Shown here one piece after another: positions 30,279 through 40,040 of a stretch of 64,000 nucleotides of DNA. The translations under genes were made by a program, and so were the position numbers. The notes under the pieces are model-generated. The model saw only the letters and a program-made list of their open reading frames with translations. It searched no databases and was not told the origin of the DNA. The first letter of the stretch is position 1; each line of letters begins with the position of its first letter. Source of the stretch: Alphaproteobacteria bacterium (GTDB lineage Bacteria; Pseudomonadota; Alphaproteobacteria; Bin95); contig OZ224045.1 of NCBI GenBank assembly GCA_963665325.3, positions 2,272,001 to 2,336,000 of the forward strand. The letters are read 5' to 3'.

Positions 30279-33200
30279 ATGAGGGATCCGGGACGCTTTG
30301 TATTTTTCGATTCCACGCCAGAACGGAAACCGGGAGCCGGGCGCTCCGTAACCCGGCGGCGGGTCCGGCCGCTCGTGGCCCCGGTCCTGGCGGCCGGGCT
30401 GTCGATGGCGTTGGCAGCGTTCTTCGCCACCGTTGCCCAGGCGCAGACGGATGTAACATTGGTCAGTAACTTCGACGCAGATACGCCGCCCGTCCATGGC
30501 CGAACGCAGGCGATGTTGCAGCGTGTCACCACGGGGTCGGAGACCTATGGATACGTGCTCAAGTCGGTGGTGGTCGCCTACGGTGACAGTGAGCGCGACA
30601 GCGTTTCCGCGAAGGTGTGCGCGGTCAACGACACCGACCAGCCGACCTCCACATGCACGGACTTCACCGCGCCGTCGGTGCTTGATGGCGGGGACAGAAC
30701 CTTCACGGCGCCGGGCAATGGCATGTATCTGGCGCCAGAGACGAAATACGCGGTGGTGCTGACGCAAGACAATCCCGGCACGCAAATCACCTACAGAACG
30801 GCCGGTACCGGCCAGGAGGATTCCGATAGCCTTCGCGGGTGGAACATTGCGAACACATACCGTATCTACGACGGGACCTCGTGGGTAACTATCCAATTCA
30901 ACCACAGGTCAATCGTGCTTCGTCTCACGGGCCGCATTATCAGACCCGCCAGCCCCGACGACGCCAACGCCACGGGGGCGCCTGGAATCACGGGCCCGGC
31001 GCAGGTCGGCAGGACGCTGACAGCCCAAATAGGCGACATCACCGACCCGGACGGGCTGCCGTCGGGCAGGTTCCCGGACGGCTACTTCTTCCAGTGGATC
31101 GGCGTTGTGAAAGGCACCTACACCGACATGGTGTTCAACATACCGGGCGCCACGTCGGCGACTTACACGCCGGTCGACAACGACGAAATGCTCGGGGTCA
31201 AGTTCAAGGTGCGGGTGCGGTTCGTCGACCGCTCCCTCACGCTGGAAACGCGGACCAGCGCTGAGACCAATCTGGTGGTGCCCGACGCCGCGCCCTGCCC
31301 GGAGGTGTCGGTGTGGTGCACGCAGCTGACGTCGGGCCGCAAGTCCGGTGGACGATTCGTCGGGTTCGACCTGGGCGAAATCGGCAGCCTCGGCAACGAT
31401 ACCTTCACCTTTGACGGGACCACCTACACGGTCACCTACCTCGTTTCCGCCGCCACCTCCAACATCTACCTGGCGACCACGCCGGACCTTCCCGCCGACG
31501 GCGGCGGACTGACGCTGCACGTCCAGCGGGTCACCGGCACCCCCCGGGACCTGCCGCTGAGCGGCGCGACCCTGGAGCACCAGACCGGCGTCGGCGGCAA
31601 TGCCTGGGAGTTCTTCGGCGTCACCACGGGCGGGCAGACAAACCCACTGCTGCTGCGCAGACTCGACAGATCCAACGATCGCTACCAAAACGGGACCGAC
31701 GCCGGCACGCGCGTCACGGTGAGGCTGAGCCGGCAGCCGGGTGTGAGCTTCGATGCGCCGGCCTACTCGGCGTACGAAGCCGGCGAGGGCGCGCCGGTGA
31801 CGGTGACGCTGACCCCGGCGCCGAGCATGTCGGTGACGATCCCGATCACGGCGACCGGCCAGGACGGGGCGACGTCCGCGGACTGGACCGGCGTCATCCC
31901 GTCGAGCCTGACCTTCGCCGCGGGCGAGTCGAGCAAGACGTTCACGGTGACGGCGGTGGAGGATGCCTTCGCCGATGAGGGCGAGAGCGTGCTGCTCGAG
32001 TTCGGAACGCTGCCCTCCGAGGTGTCGGCGGGCTACCGGACGACAACGGAGGTGCATTTCTTCGACAGGGCGAGCCCGGGCGATGTTCGCCTGGTGGGAG
32101 GGAACGGCCTGCCGACGGCCGACGGCAGGGGCCGCCTGCAGGTGTTCTACCAGAGGCAGTGGGGCACGGTGTGCGACGACCGCATGGAGGGCAGCTTCAA
32201 TATCTACGGCAACAGGGGCAACGTGCTTCGGACCGTGCCCAACCACGCGCCGGCGCTCGCTTGCCAGCTCATGGGCTACGAGACCGGCGAGGACATCCCC
32301 CTCGGCCCCTTCCGGAAAAGAAGCAGCGTCCCCGAGCCCATCTGGCTCGACGACCTGCGCTGCGAGGAGCGCAACGTGATGATGTACGGCGAGGAGAGCG
32401 GCAGGCACTGGACGGGGGAGCTGCCGACACAGCTCGACCACTGCTTCCATGCCGGGATCGGGCGCGACAACTGCACACACGACGAGGACGTGGCGCTGCA
32501 GTGCACCGGCGTGAACCCGAATATCGGGAACCAGGTCGTGGCCGAGCCGCTGCGGGTGGCGTTTGTGGACGTTCCGAAGACGGGCCATGACGGCGAGACG
32601 GCGTTCACGTTCGGGCTCGACTTCAGCGAGGCGGTGGCGATCACGGCCGAGGACATGCGCGACCACGCGCTCGATGTGAGCGGGGCGACGGTGACCTCTG
32701 CGGCGCTGGCGGACGGACGCGACGACCTGTGGGAGTTCACGCTCGAGCCCTCGGGCACCGATAACGTGGTCATCACGGTGGCGGGGAAGGACAGTTGCTC
32801 GGACACCGGGGCGCTGTGCACCGCGCTCGGAGCGGGGCTGGAGAACCGGCTTTCGACGGTGATTCCCTACGTGCCGGCGCCGGCGGAGGCGGGTCTGACG
32901 GCGGAGTTCCTGGACGTGCCCGACAAGCATGACGGCTCGAGCGCGTTCACGGTGCGCCTGGTGTACAGCGAACCCGTGTTCGACGGCACCGAGACGTTCA
33001 ACAGGAACCGGTCGGTACGCGACGCCCTGTCGGTGAGCGGCGGCAGCGCCACGGAAGCAGTCCGGGTCGACAACGACAGCTACGACCAGTGGACGATCAC
33101 GATCCGTCCGACCGACCACAACCCGGTCACGGTGACACTGCCGGCCGGCGGCGACTGCGCGACGGCGCCGTGCACCGACGACGGGCAAACGCTCTCGCAG

Positions 33201-35102
33201 GAAGTCAGCGCCACCATCGAGGGCCCGCCGGGGCTGTCGGTTGCCGATGCGGAAGTCGAGGAAGGCCCGGACGCGAAGCTCGCCTTCGTCATCACACTCG
33301 ATCGTGCGGTCTCGTGGACGGTGACGGTGCAGGCCTCGACCTCCGACGGCACCGCGGTGGCGGGCGAGGACTATCGCGCGAAGACCCTGACCAAGACCTT
33401 CGCCCCGGGCGAGACCAGGAAGGTTGCGGTGATACGGGTGCTCGAGGACGGCCATGACGACGACGGCGAGACGATGACGCTCACGCTCTCGAACCCGACC
33501 GGTGCCTATATCGCGGACGGCACGGCGACGGGGACCATCACGAACTCGGATCCGCTCCAGAAGATATGGCTGGCGCGGTTCGGGCGCACGGTGGCCCTCC
33601 AGACCGTCAAGGCTCTGGAGGGGCGCTTCGCCATCGGGTTGGAGGCCTCGCCGCGCATGACGATGACGGTGGCAGGCCAGAGCATGGACCTCTCGCGGAT
33701 CGGCGACGACAAGGCGCTGGCGCAGACGATGACGGGGCTTGCGCGGGCGTTCGGCGCGCCGGGTGCGAACCCCGGATCGGGGGGAGCCAGCCCCGGCCTT
33801 CGAGCCGGGGGGGCAGGCTCCGGCGACGACCTGTTCGCACGGCACGGTATCGGCGGATCCTGGAACGAGGGCGGATCCTCGGCGCCGGCGCAGCCGGTTA
33901 CGAAGCGCGATCTTCTGCTCGGGAGTTCGTTCCACTTCACGACCGGCGAGGCGTCGGGCCTGGGGGGCGCGATGACCGGCTGGGGCAAGGTGCTGTCGGG
34001 CGGGTCGAGCAGTTCGTTTGGCGGCGGGCTGTCGTTTACGAGCGAGACGGCAACCGGCGTACTCGGAATGGACTGGGAGCGGGACAGGCTCCTGGTCGGA
34101 GTGGCGCTGTCGCGGAGCGTCGAGAAGGGTAGCGCGGCGTTCGATCGGACGGGTCTGCAATATGACATCGAGGGCGCGCTCTCGATGGTGGCGCCCTATC
34201 TGCGCGTGCAGGCCGGCGAGCGGCTGTCGTTCTGGAGCGCGGTCGGTTCGGGCAGCGGCTCCATGTCGCTTTCGCGGGGCCGCGGATGGCAGACGGCGGA
34301 CATCGCCATGCAGCTTGCGGCTGCGGGCGGGCGCGCAGAGCTGCTGCGTCCCGGGGCCGATGGCGGGCTTGCGCTGGCGCTGAAGACGGATGCGTTCTTC
34401 GTGCGGGCGGAGTCGGCGCGGGTATCGACGCCCGGCGTCGGCAATCTCGGGGCTGCGACGGGCGATGCAAGCCGCGTGCGGGCCGTATTGGAAGGGTCGC
34501 GGGCGTTCGCGCTGGCTGGCGGCGGGGCGCTGGCGCCGTCGCTGTCGCTCGGGCTGCGCCATGACGGCGGCGATGCGGAGACGGGTTCAGGTGTGGAGGT
34601 CGGCGCCGGGCTCACATGGTCCGCGCCGGCAGCCGGGCTGACCTCGGACCTGCGCCTCTACGGCCTTGCGGCGCATGAGGCGGGCGGCTACGACGAATGG
34701 GGGGCGAGCGGTTCGCTGCGGATGGTTCCGGGCGCGTCAGGCCGCGGCCTGTCGCTGTCGATGACGCCGTCATGGGGCGCCCGGGACCAGGCCGGGCGGC
34801 TGTGGAATGCGGCGCCCGGCGGGTTGGCCGGGGACGGCGGGAGCGAACAGCCGAGCATACGCCTCGACACGGAACTCGGCTACGGGCTGCCGCTGTCGGA
34901 CGGCCTGACCGGCACGCCGTATGCGGGCTTCGGGTTCGGCGACGCCGGCGCCCGGGACTACCGCCTCGGCTGGCGGCTCGCGTCGGACCGGTTGCGATCG
35001 CTCACCCTGGGCGTCGAGGCGACCCGCCGCGAGGCCGCGAACGACAATGGAGCGGGGTCCGCGGAGCACGGCATGACGCTGCGCGCCGGGCTGCGCTGGT
35101 AG
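30279..35102 (+). CDS. Autotransporter-like surface protein 2 (SRCR + Calx-beta, type-A barrel), 1607 aa
   Basis: Extended signal peptide ..AQAQ. SRCR domain at ~32085-32504 (VRLVGG..GRLQV..WGTVCDD..IWLDDLRC..NCTHDEDVALQC), Calx-beta domain and C-terminal ..GLRW. Confidence 0.88.
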   Translation: MRDPGRFVFFDSTPERKPGAGRSVTRRRVRPLVAPVLAAGLSMALAAFFATVAQAQTDVTLVSNFDADTPPVHGRTQAMLQRVTTGSETYGYVLKSVVVAYGDSERDSVSAKVCAVNDTDQPTSTCTDFTAPSVLDGGDRTFTAPGNGMYLAPETKYAVVLTQDNPGTQITYRTAGTGQEDSDSLRGWNIANTYRIYDGTSWVTIQFNHRSIVLRLTGRIIRPASPDDANATGAPGITGPAQVGRTLTAQIGDITDPDGLPSGRFPDGYFFQWIGVVKGTYTDMVFNIPGATSATYTPVDNDEMLGVKFKVRVRFVDRSLTLETRTSAETNLVVPDAAPCPEVSVWCTQLTSGRKSGGRFVGFDLGEIGSLGNDTFTFDGTTYTVTYLVSAATSNIYLATTPDLPADGGGLTLHVQRVTGTPRDLPLSGATLEHQTGVGGNAWEFFGVTTGGQTNPLLLRRLDRSNDRYQNGTDAGTRVTVRLSRQPGVSFDAPAYSAYEAGEGAPVTVTLTPAPSMSVTIPITATGQDGATSADWTGVIPSSLTFAAGESSKTFTVTAVEDAFADEGESVLLEFGTLPSEVSAGYRTTTEVHFFDRASPGDVRLVGGNGLPTADGRGRLQVFYQRQWGTVCDDRMEGSFNIYGNRGNVLRTVPNHAPALACQLMGYETGEDIPLGPFRKRSSVPEPIWLDDLRCEERNVMMYGEESGRHWTGELPTQLDHCFHAGIGRDNCTHDEDVALQCTGVNPNIGNQVVAEPLRVAFVDVPKTGHDGETAFTFGLDFSEAVAITAEDMRDHALDVSGATVTSAALADGRDDLWEFTLEPSGTDNVVITVAGKDSCSDTGALCTALGAGLENRLSTVIPYVPAPAEAGLTAEFLDVPDKHDGSSAFTVRLVYSEPVFDGTETFNRNRSVRDALSVSGGSATEAVRVDNDSYDQWTITIRPTDHNPVTVTLPAGGDCATAPCTDDGQTLSQEVSATIEGPPGLSVADAEVEEGPDAKLAFVITLDRAVSWTVTVQASTSDGTAVAGEDYRAKTLTKTFAPGETRKVAVIRVLEDGHDDDGETMTLTLSNPTGAYIADGTATGTITNSDPLQKIWLARFGRTVALQTVKALEGRFAIGLEASPRMTMTVAGQSMDLSRIGDDKALAQTMTGLARAFGAPGANPGSGGASPGLRAGGAGSGDDLFARHGIGGSWNEGGSSAPAQPVTKRDLLLGSSFHFTTGEASGLGGAMTGWGKVLSGGSSSSFGGGLSFTSETATGVLGMDWERDRLLVGVALSRSVEKGSAAFDRTGLQYDIEGALSMVAPYLRVQAGERLSFWSAVGSGSGSMSLSRGRGWQTADIAMQLAAAGGRAELLRPGADGGLALALKTDAFFVRAESARVSTPGVGNLGAATGDASRVRAVLEGSRAFALAGGGALAPSLSLGLRHDGGDAETGSGVEVGAGLTWSAPAAGLTSDLRLYGLAAHEAGGYDEWGASGSLRMVPGASGRGLSLSMTPSWGARDQAGRLWNAAPGGLAGDGGSEQPSIRLDTELGYGLPLSDGLTGTPYAGFGFGDAGARDYRLGWRLASDRLRSLTLGVEATRREAANDNGAGSAEHGMTLRAGLRW

Positions 35103-35132
35103 GGCCGACACCCGGGGCGTGAACGTGCGCGG

Positions 35133-35255
35133 GGGATCGAGGCGCAGCTGAGCGCGCGGGCGGTTGCGTTCGAGACCCGTCTCGAGGCCTCGCGCCACGA
35201 TGCCGCCAACGACAATGCCGAACACCGCATCGGCCTCACCCTGACCGCGCGGTGA
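35133..35255 (+). pseudogene. Orphan type-B barrel 3' fragments
   Basis: GIEAQLSAR is joined directly to AVAFETRLEASRHDAANDNAEHRIGLTLTAR*. Confidence 0.78.
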
Positions 35256-35383
35256 TAGAGGGGTCGATTCCGGAAAAGGGCAGAATCACACTCCAGGCCC
35301 GGTTGGCCTCTTCACGGCAGCCGTGACGGGACTCTGCCCCGCCGGCGCGCGATTTCCCCGTCCGCTCACCCGGCGCCCCCGGA

Positions 35384-35671
35384 TCAGGTCCGGGGCAGGC
35401 AGTTCACATGATCGCGCAGCGTCTTGCCCGGCTTGAACGCCGGCACGGTCGACGCGGCGATCTCTACGCTCTCGCCGGTCCGCGGATTGCGGCCGGTGCG
35501 GGCCGGACGGTCCCTGGTGGCGAAGGTCCCGAAGCCCGAAAGGCTGACGGCCTCGCCGCGCCCGAGAGAGCCCGCAATACCGGAGAGCATCGCGTTCACC
35601 GCGGCTGCGGCCGTCACCTGGGTCACTCCCGCTTCCTCGGCAACATGGCGAACGAGATCGGTCTTTTTCAT
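35384..35671 (-). CDS. hup: HU-family DNA-binding protein
   Basis: MKKTDLV..VA, LSGFGTF, ARTGRNPRTGE and VPAFKPGKTLRD. Confidence 0.92.
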   Translation of the reverse strand: MKKTDLVRHVAEEAGVTQVTAAAAVNAMLSGIAGSLGRGEAVSLSGFGTFATRDRPARTGRNPRTGESVEIAASTVPAFKPGKTLRDHVNCLPRT

Positions 35672-35772
35672 CTGAAATGTCTCCCTTCAGGCCTGTCCGT
35701 GACAGGCGGTTTTCGTCTGTCTTCGCCCATACGCCCGGTATAGGAACGGCGGGAAATTGCCGCCGGATCGAG

Positions 35773-36117
35773 CTACCGGCCGAGGACAATGTCGAGGCCG
35801 GCGAGCAGCAAATCGACCTTCGCCGGCGGGATCCGGCCTGTGCGTTCGTCGAGAAGCTCCCGGTCGAGAGCGACGACCTGCGACACGTTCGCGACAGAGT
35901 CCTTCGGCAAACCCGTTATTCCCGCGGTCAACAGCACGTTTCCCGGGGCGTCTCCCCATCGCAGATTGCTTGTGAGCGGCACGCAGACCGCTGTGGCCAG
36001 CCGACTTCGATTCAGGGCGTCTCCCTGGACGACGACGACCGGGCGCCGGAACCCCGGCCCGGAACCTGTGGGCTCGGGCAATTCGGCCCAGCACACATCG
36101 CCTTGGGAGATCACCAT
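35773..36117 (-). CDS. mazF: PemK/MazF-family toxin
   Basis: QGDVCWAELPEPTGSGPGFRRPVVVVQGDALN, VPLTSN and GLPKDSVANVSQ. Confidence 0.9.
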   Translation of the reverse strand: MVISQGDVCWAELPEPTGSGPGFRRPVVVVQGDALNRSRLATAVCVPLTSNLRWGDAPGNVLLTAGITGLPKDSVANVSQVVALDRELLDERTGRIPPAKVDLLLAGLDIVLGR

Positions 36118-36347
36118 TCAACGCGATCGAGCACCTGCCGGCCTGCTGCGGCGAGGAAGGCGTCATCGGTCTCGCCAATCCGGTCGCACACGCGGTTCAT
36201 CGTGTCGGTGACCTCCTCGCGCTCATGGCGCGCGAGATATTCGCCGAGCGCCGTCGCATAGATTTCGCTTCGGGACCGCCGCTCCTGTGCAGCCAGGCGT
36301 TCCGCGCGTTCGAAAATGCCGTTGGGAATCGATACCGCTGTCTTCAT
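36111..36347 (-). CDS. RHH/CopG-type antitoxin (ChpI-like) of the MazF module
   Basis: MKTAVSIPNGIFERAERLA...SRSEIYATALGEYL, overlapping the toxin start. Confidence 0.85.
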   Translation of the reverse strand: MKTAVSIPNGIFERAERLAAQERRSRSEIYATALGEYLARHEREEVTDTMNRVCDRIGETDDAFLAAAGRQVLDRVEW

Positions 36348-36409
36348 ACCAATAGTATAACCATCCCGTGCCACCCCTTGTCAAAGCGGATAGCAGCAGG
36401 CGCGGTCGT

Positions 36410-36694
36410 TCATTCCGCTGCGGTGACGCGGCCGCGGTCCTCTATCCGGCGGAGGATATGGATGCGGCGGCGCTCGGGCGACCACCCCTCGCGCTCGAAC
36501 ATCTCGAACATGGAGACCTCTTCCGCCGTGAGGGGATCGCTCTCGATCGCCTGCAGGTGCGCAGCCTCCGCCAGTCGGCCGTTCGCCGCAGCGCCCTGCA
36601 ACCTCTTGCCCCCGATGGCGAGGGCCTCAAGAGCCGCTGCGGCGTCCTTGATCGCGTCGGGGTTCGGATCGCGGCGAAGCTGGCTGGCCAGCAT
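36410..36694 (-). CDS. Small hypothetical protein, possibly an antitoxin
   Basis: HLQAIESDPLTAEEVSMFEMFEREGWSPERRR resembles small proteins I recall beside Fic genes. No Fic gene is present here. Confidence 0.45.
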   Translation of the reverse strand: MLASQLRRDPNPDAIKDAAAALEALAIGGKRLQGAAANGRLAEAAHLQAIESDPLTAEEVSMFEMFEREGWSPERRRIHILRRIEDRGRVTAAE

Positions 36695-36907
36695 GCGCAG
36701 GGCGTCAGGGCCATCACAGCGCCTCCAGGCTGTCTCAGGAGTCCGCCAGACGTCGATAGACGCCCGGGCGCCGGTCCATGTCGTCCTCGAGGGCCTGCAT
36801 CATCGCGTCGGAGATCGCCCGGCGCCGCGAGGTCCGCGATGACGGCCGCTCCTCTCCGCTCTTCGGCTCCGGTTCGCGCGGAACCCGCCTGCTCTTCCCG
36901 ATGTCCA

Positions 36908-37494
36908 TCATTTCGTGGCCTCGCTCCCGAGCAGCTTCTGCCCAGGCTCCTTCGGCGTGCCGTCGCCGTTCACATACATGTAGAGCGTCGTGGTCGTGAT
37001 GCCGAGCCGGCGCGCCAGGTCCTGGGCGTTGGTCTCGCGCGACGCCATGGCGTTCATCGCCATCCGGAGCATGGGCAGGTCCATCTTGCGCGGCCGGCCG
37101 CCCAGGCGGCCTCGGGCTCGCGCTGCGACCAGGCCGGCCCGGGTGCGTTCGGCGATGAGTTCGCGCTCGAACTCGGCGAGCGAGGCGAAAATGCCGAACA
37201 CCAGGCGACCGTTCGCCGTCGTGGTGTCGATCTCGGCCCCGGCGCCGGCAAGCACCCGGAATCCAACTTCCCGGGCGCGCAGCTCGTCCACCGTGTTCAC
37301 GAGGTGCTTCAGGTCGCGGCCCAAACGGTCGAGTTTCCACACGACCATCGTGTTGCCCGGCTGAAGCGCCTTCAGGCAGGACTCCAGGCCCGGACGATGG
37401 TCCTTGCGCCCCGAGGCCCTGTCCTCGTAGATCCGCTGCGCCTCGACGCCGGCGCCGATGAGCGCGTCGCGCTGCAGGTCGAGCAGCTGGCTGC
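36908..37494 (-). pseudogene. Serine recombinase (resolvase/invertase), 5' end removed by IS21
   Basis: QLLDLQRDAL..IYEDRASG..RPGL, VVWKLDRLGR, FASLAEFERELIAERTRAGL and a C-terminal HTH. The catalytic N-terminal GYARVS motif is absent and the IS21 end abuts at 37495. Confidence 0.85.
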
Positions 37495-37604
37495 TGTTAA
37501 CGGCGGCGGAATAATGCTCCACAGGAAGCGCCCGTTTGGTCGGGTCGCGGCGGCGCAAAATTGCGCCAGTGATGCCCCCTTGTCCGTTTGGTCGGGGGCG
37601 GGGG

Positions 37605-39107
37605 ATGTATGGGGTGGAGCTTTACGCAGCGGTACGACTTGCGGTTGTCGAGGAGGGTCTGAGCCATCATGAGGCCGGTCGGCGGTTCGGGATCGACCGT
37701 CGCACGGTGAAGAAGATGCTGAGCTATTCGGCGCCTCCGGGCTATCGGCGCCGGAAGCCGGTGCGTCGTCCGAAGCTGGACGGGTTCACCGGGATCGTCG
37801 ATGCGATCCTGGAGGGGGACCGGGCGCCGGAGGTGCCGGTCAAGCAGCGGCACACGGCGCACCGGATTTTCGAACGGCTGCGTGACGAGCACGGGTTCAC
37901 GGGTGGCTACACCATCGTGAAGGACTATGTGCGCTCGCGGCGGCAGTCGACGCGCGAGGCCTTCGTGCCGCTGCATCATCCGCCGGGCCATGCGCAGGTC
38001 GACTTCGGCGAGGCGGTGGTCGAGGTCGGGGGCCGGCGCGAGAAGGTCGCTGTCTTCTGCCTGATCCTGCCGCATAGCGACCTGTGGTTCGTGAAGGCCT
38101 ATCCGAGGGAGACGACGGAGGCGTTCCTGGACGGCCATGTCAGCGCCTTCGCCTTCCTCGGCGGGGTTCCGCTTTCGGTGCTTTACGACAACACGACCCT
38201 GGCAGTGGCGCGGATCCTGGGCGACGGCACGCGTCAGCGCACGCGGGCGTTCACGCATCTGCAGTCGCACTACCTGTTCCGCGACCGCTTCGGTCGTCCC
38301 GGCAAGGGCAACGACAAGGGCAAGGTGGAGGCGCTGGTGAAGACGGCGCGGCGCAAGTTCATGGTGCCGATCCCAAAGGTGCCCGATCTGGATGTTCTGA
38401 ACGAGCGGCTTCTGGCGCGCTGCCTGGAGCGGCTCGACGCGCTGCAGCAGAGCGCGCAGGCGGCGGCGTTGCTCGCCGATCTCGACACCCTGCGCGATCT
38501 TCCGGGCGCGCCCTTCGAGGCGTGCGAGCATGTGCCGGCCCGCGTGTCCTCGACGGCGCTGGTGCGCTACCGGTCGGTGGACTACTCGGCCCCGGCGGTG
38601 CACGCCCACAAGAAGGTGACGATCAAGGGCTATGTCGACCGGGTCGAGATCGCGCTCGGCGCCGGGATCGTCGCCCGCCACCGGCGTTCCTATGTCCGCG
38701 GCGACGTCGTTTACGACCCGCTGCACTATCTCTCGCTGCTGGAGAAGAAGCCGGGGGCGCTGGACCAGGCGGCGCCGTTGCGGGGCTGGAAGCTCGATCC
38801 AGCCTTCGACGCGTTGCGCCGCCTGCTCGAGGCGCGCTTCGGGCCGCGCGGCAAGCGGGACTACATCCAGACCCTGCGCCTGCTGGAGGACTTTCCGGAG
38901 CGCCAGGTGACGGCCGCGGTGCGGGACGCGGTGGCGCGCCGGCTGGTCGGCTTCGACGCCGTCAAGCACCTGCTGCTGGCGCGCATCGAGAAGCGCCCGG
39001 CCCATCTCGACCTGACGCGCTACCCGCACCTGCCGCAGCCCCTCGTCGCCGCCACCCGGGCCGGCGACTATGCCTCCCTGCTGGCCGGAGGGGGCAGTCG
39101 TGGTTGA
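37605..39107 (+). CDS. istA: IS21 transposase IstA
   Basis: HTAHRIFERLRDEHGFTGGYTIVKDYV, AQVDFGE, LYDNT and KGKVE. Confidence 0.92.
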   Translation: MYGVELYAAVRLAVVEEGLSHHEAGRRFGIDRRTVKKMLSYSAPPGYRRRKPVRRPKLDGFTGIVDAILEGDRAPEVPVKQRHTAHRIFERLRDEHGFTGGYTIVKDYVRSRRQSTREAFVPLHHPPGHAQVDFGEAVVEVGGRREKVAVFCLILPHSDLWFVKAYPRETTEAFLDGHVSAFAFLGGVPLSVLYDNTTLAVARILGDGTRQRTRAFTHLQSHYLFRDRFGRPGKGNDKGKVEALVKTARRKFMVPIPKVPDLDVLNERLLARCLERLDALQQSAQAAALLADLDTLRDLPGAPFEACEHVPARVSSTALVRYRSVDYSAPAVHAHKKVTIKGYVDRVEIALGAGIVARHRRSYVRGDVVYDPLHYLSLLEKKPGALDQAAPLRGWKLDPAFDALRRLLEARFGPRGKRDYIQTLRLLEDFPERQVTAAVRDAVARRLVGFDAVKHLLLARIEKRPAHLDLTRYPHLPQPLVAATRAGDYASLLAGGGSRG

Positions 39108-39864
39108 GGCGCCCCGCATCCTGCTCGAACACCACCTGAAGAAGCTCAAGCTGCCGACCGTCCTGCGGGAATACGAGAAGCTGGCCCGCCAGTGCGCGGC
39201 CGAGGGGCTGGATCATGTGCAGTTCCTCGCCCGGCTGGTGGAGATGGAGACGATCGACCGCGAGCGCCGCCTGGTCGAGCGCCGCATCCGGCAGGCCCGG
39301 TTCCCGGTCGTCAAGCAGCTCGAGAGCTTCGACTTCAAGGCCATCCCCAGCCTCAACAAGATGCTGGTGCTGGACCTCGCGCGCGGCGACTACATCGAGC
39401 GGCGCGAGAACGCGATCCTGCTCGGCCCGAGCGGTGTGGGGAAGACGCACATCGCTCTGGCCCTCGGCCTCGCCGCCTGCCAGAAGGGCCTCGCCGTGCG
39501 CTTCACCACCGCCTCCCAGCTCGTCCACGAGATGATCGAGGCGCGCGACGAGAAGAGGCTGCTCCGCCTCCAGGACCAGCTCGCCAGGGCCAGCCTGCTG
39601 ATCGTCGACGAACTCGGCTACGTGCCCCTCTCACAGAGCGGAAGCGAGCTGCTGTTCGACATCTTCAGCCGCCGCTACGAAAACGGCGCCACCATCGTCA
39701 CCTCGAACCTGCCCTTCCAGGAATGGACCTCGGTCTTCGCCAGCGAGCGCCTCACCGGCGCGCTGCTCGACCGCATCACCCACCATGTCCACATCCTGGA
39801 GATGAACGGCGAAAGCTACAGGCTCAAGCAAAGCCGGTCGCGACGACGGCCCCCCTCCGAATAA
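39100..39864 (+). CDS. istB: IS21 helper ATPase IstB
   Basis: GPSGVGKTH, LLIVDELGYVP, TSNLPF and ALLDRITHH. Confidence 0.93.
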   Translation: MVEAPRILLEHHLKKLKLPTVLREYEKLARQCAAEGLDHVQFLARLVEMETIDRERRLVERRIRQARFPVVKQLESFDFKAIPSLNKMLVLDLARGDYIERRENAILLGPSGVGKTHIALALGLAACQKGLAVRFTTASQLVHEMIEARDEKRLLRLQDQLARASLLIVDELGYVPLSQSGSELLFDIFSRRYENGATIVTSNLPFQEWTSVFASERLTGALLDRITHHVHILEMNGESYRLKQSRSRRRPPSE

Positions 39865-40040
39865 CCCGCTTGCCCCCATAGACCACAGGTCCCTCCCACG
39901 CGCGGGTCGACGCCAGCCACGTGGAGGGCGAGCCGCCCCGCGCGCGGGGCCCTCCCATGGACTATGGGGACAAGCTACCGCCAAGCCCGTGGTACATTTT
40001 TACGCCGCCGCGCCGGTACATTTTTGCTCCGCCGTTGACA

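Larger units (their letters stand above)
37495..40040 (+). mobile_element. IS21-family insertion sequence
   Basis: Ends TGTTAACGGCGG... and ...CCGCCGTTGACA with subterminal GGTACATTTT repeats; carries istA-istB. No flanking TSD. Confidence 0.92.

Noticed and set aside
30909-34562. Very long antisense ORFs (also 40701..43256, 49646..51601, 53489..56326, 19040..20887)
   Set aside because: They mirror genuine high-GC genes, have Arg/His/Pro-biased composition and show no recognisable motifs.
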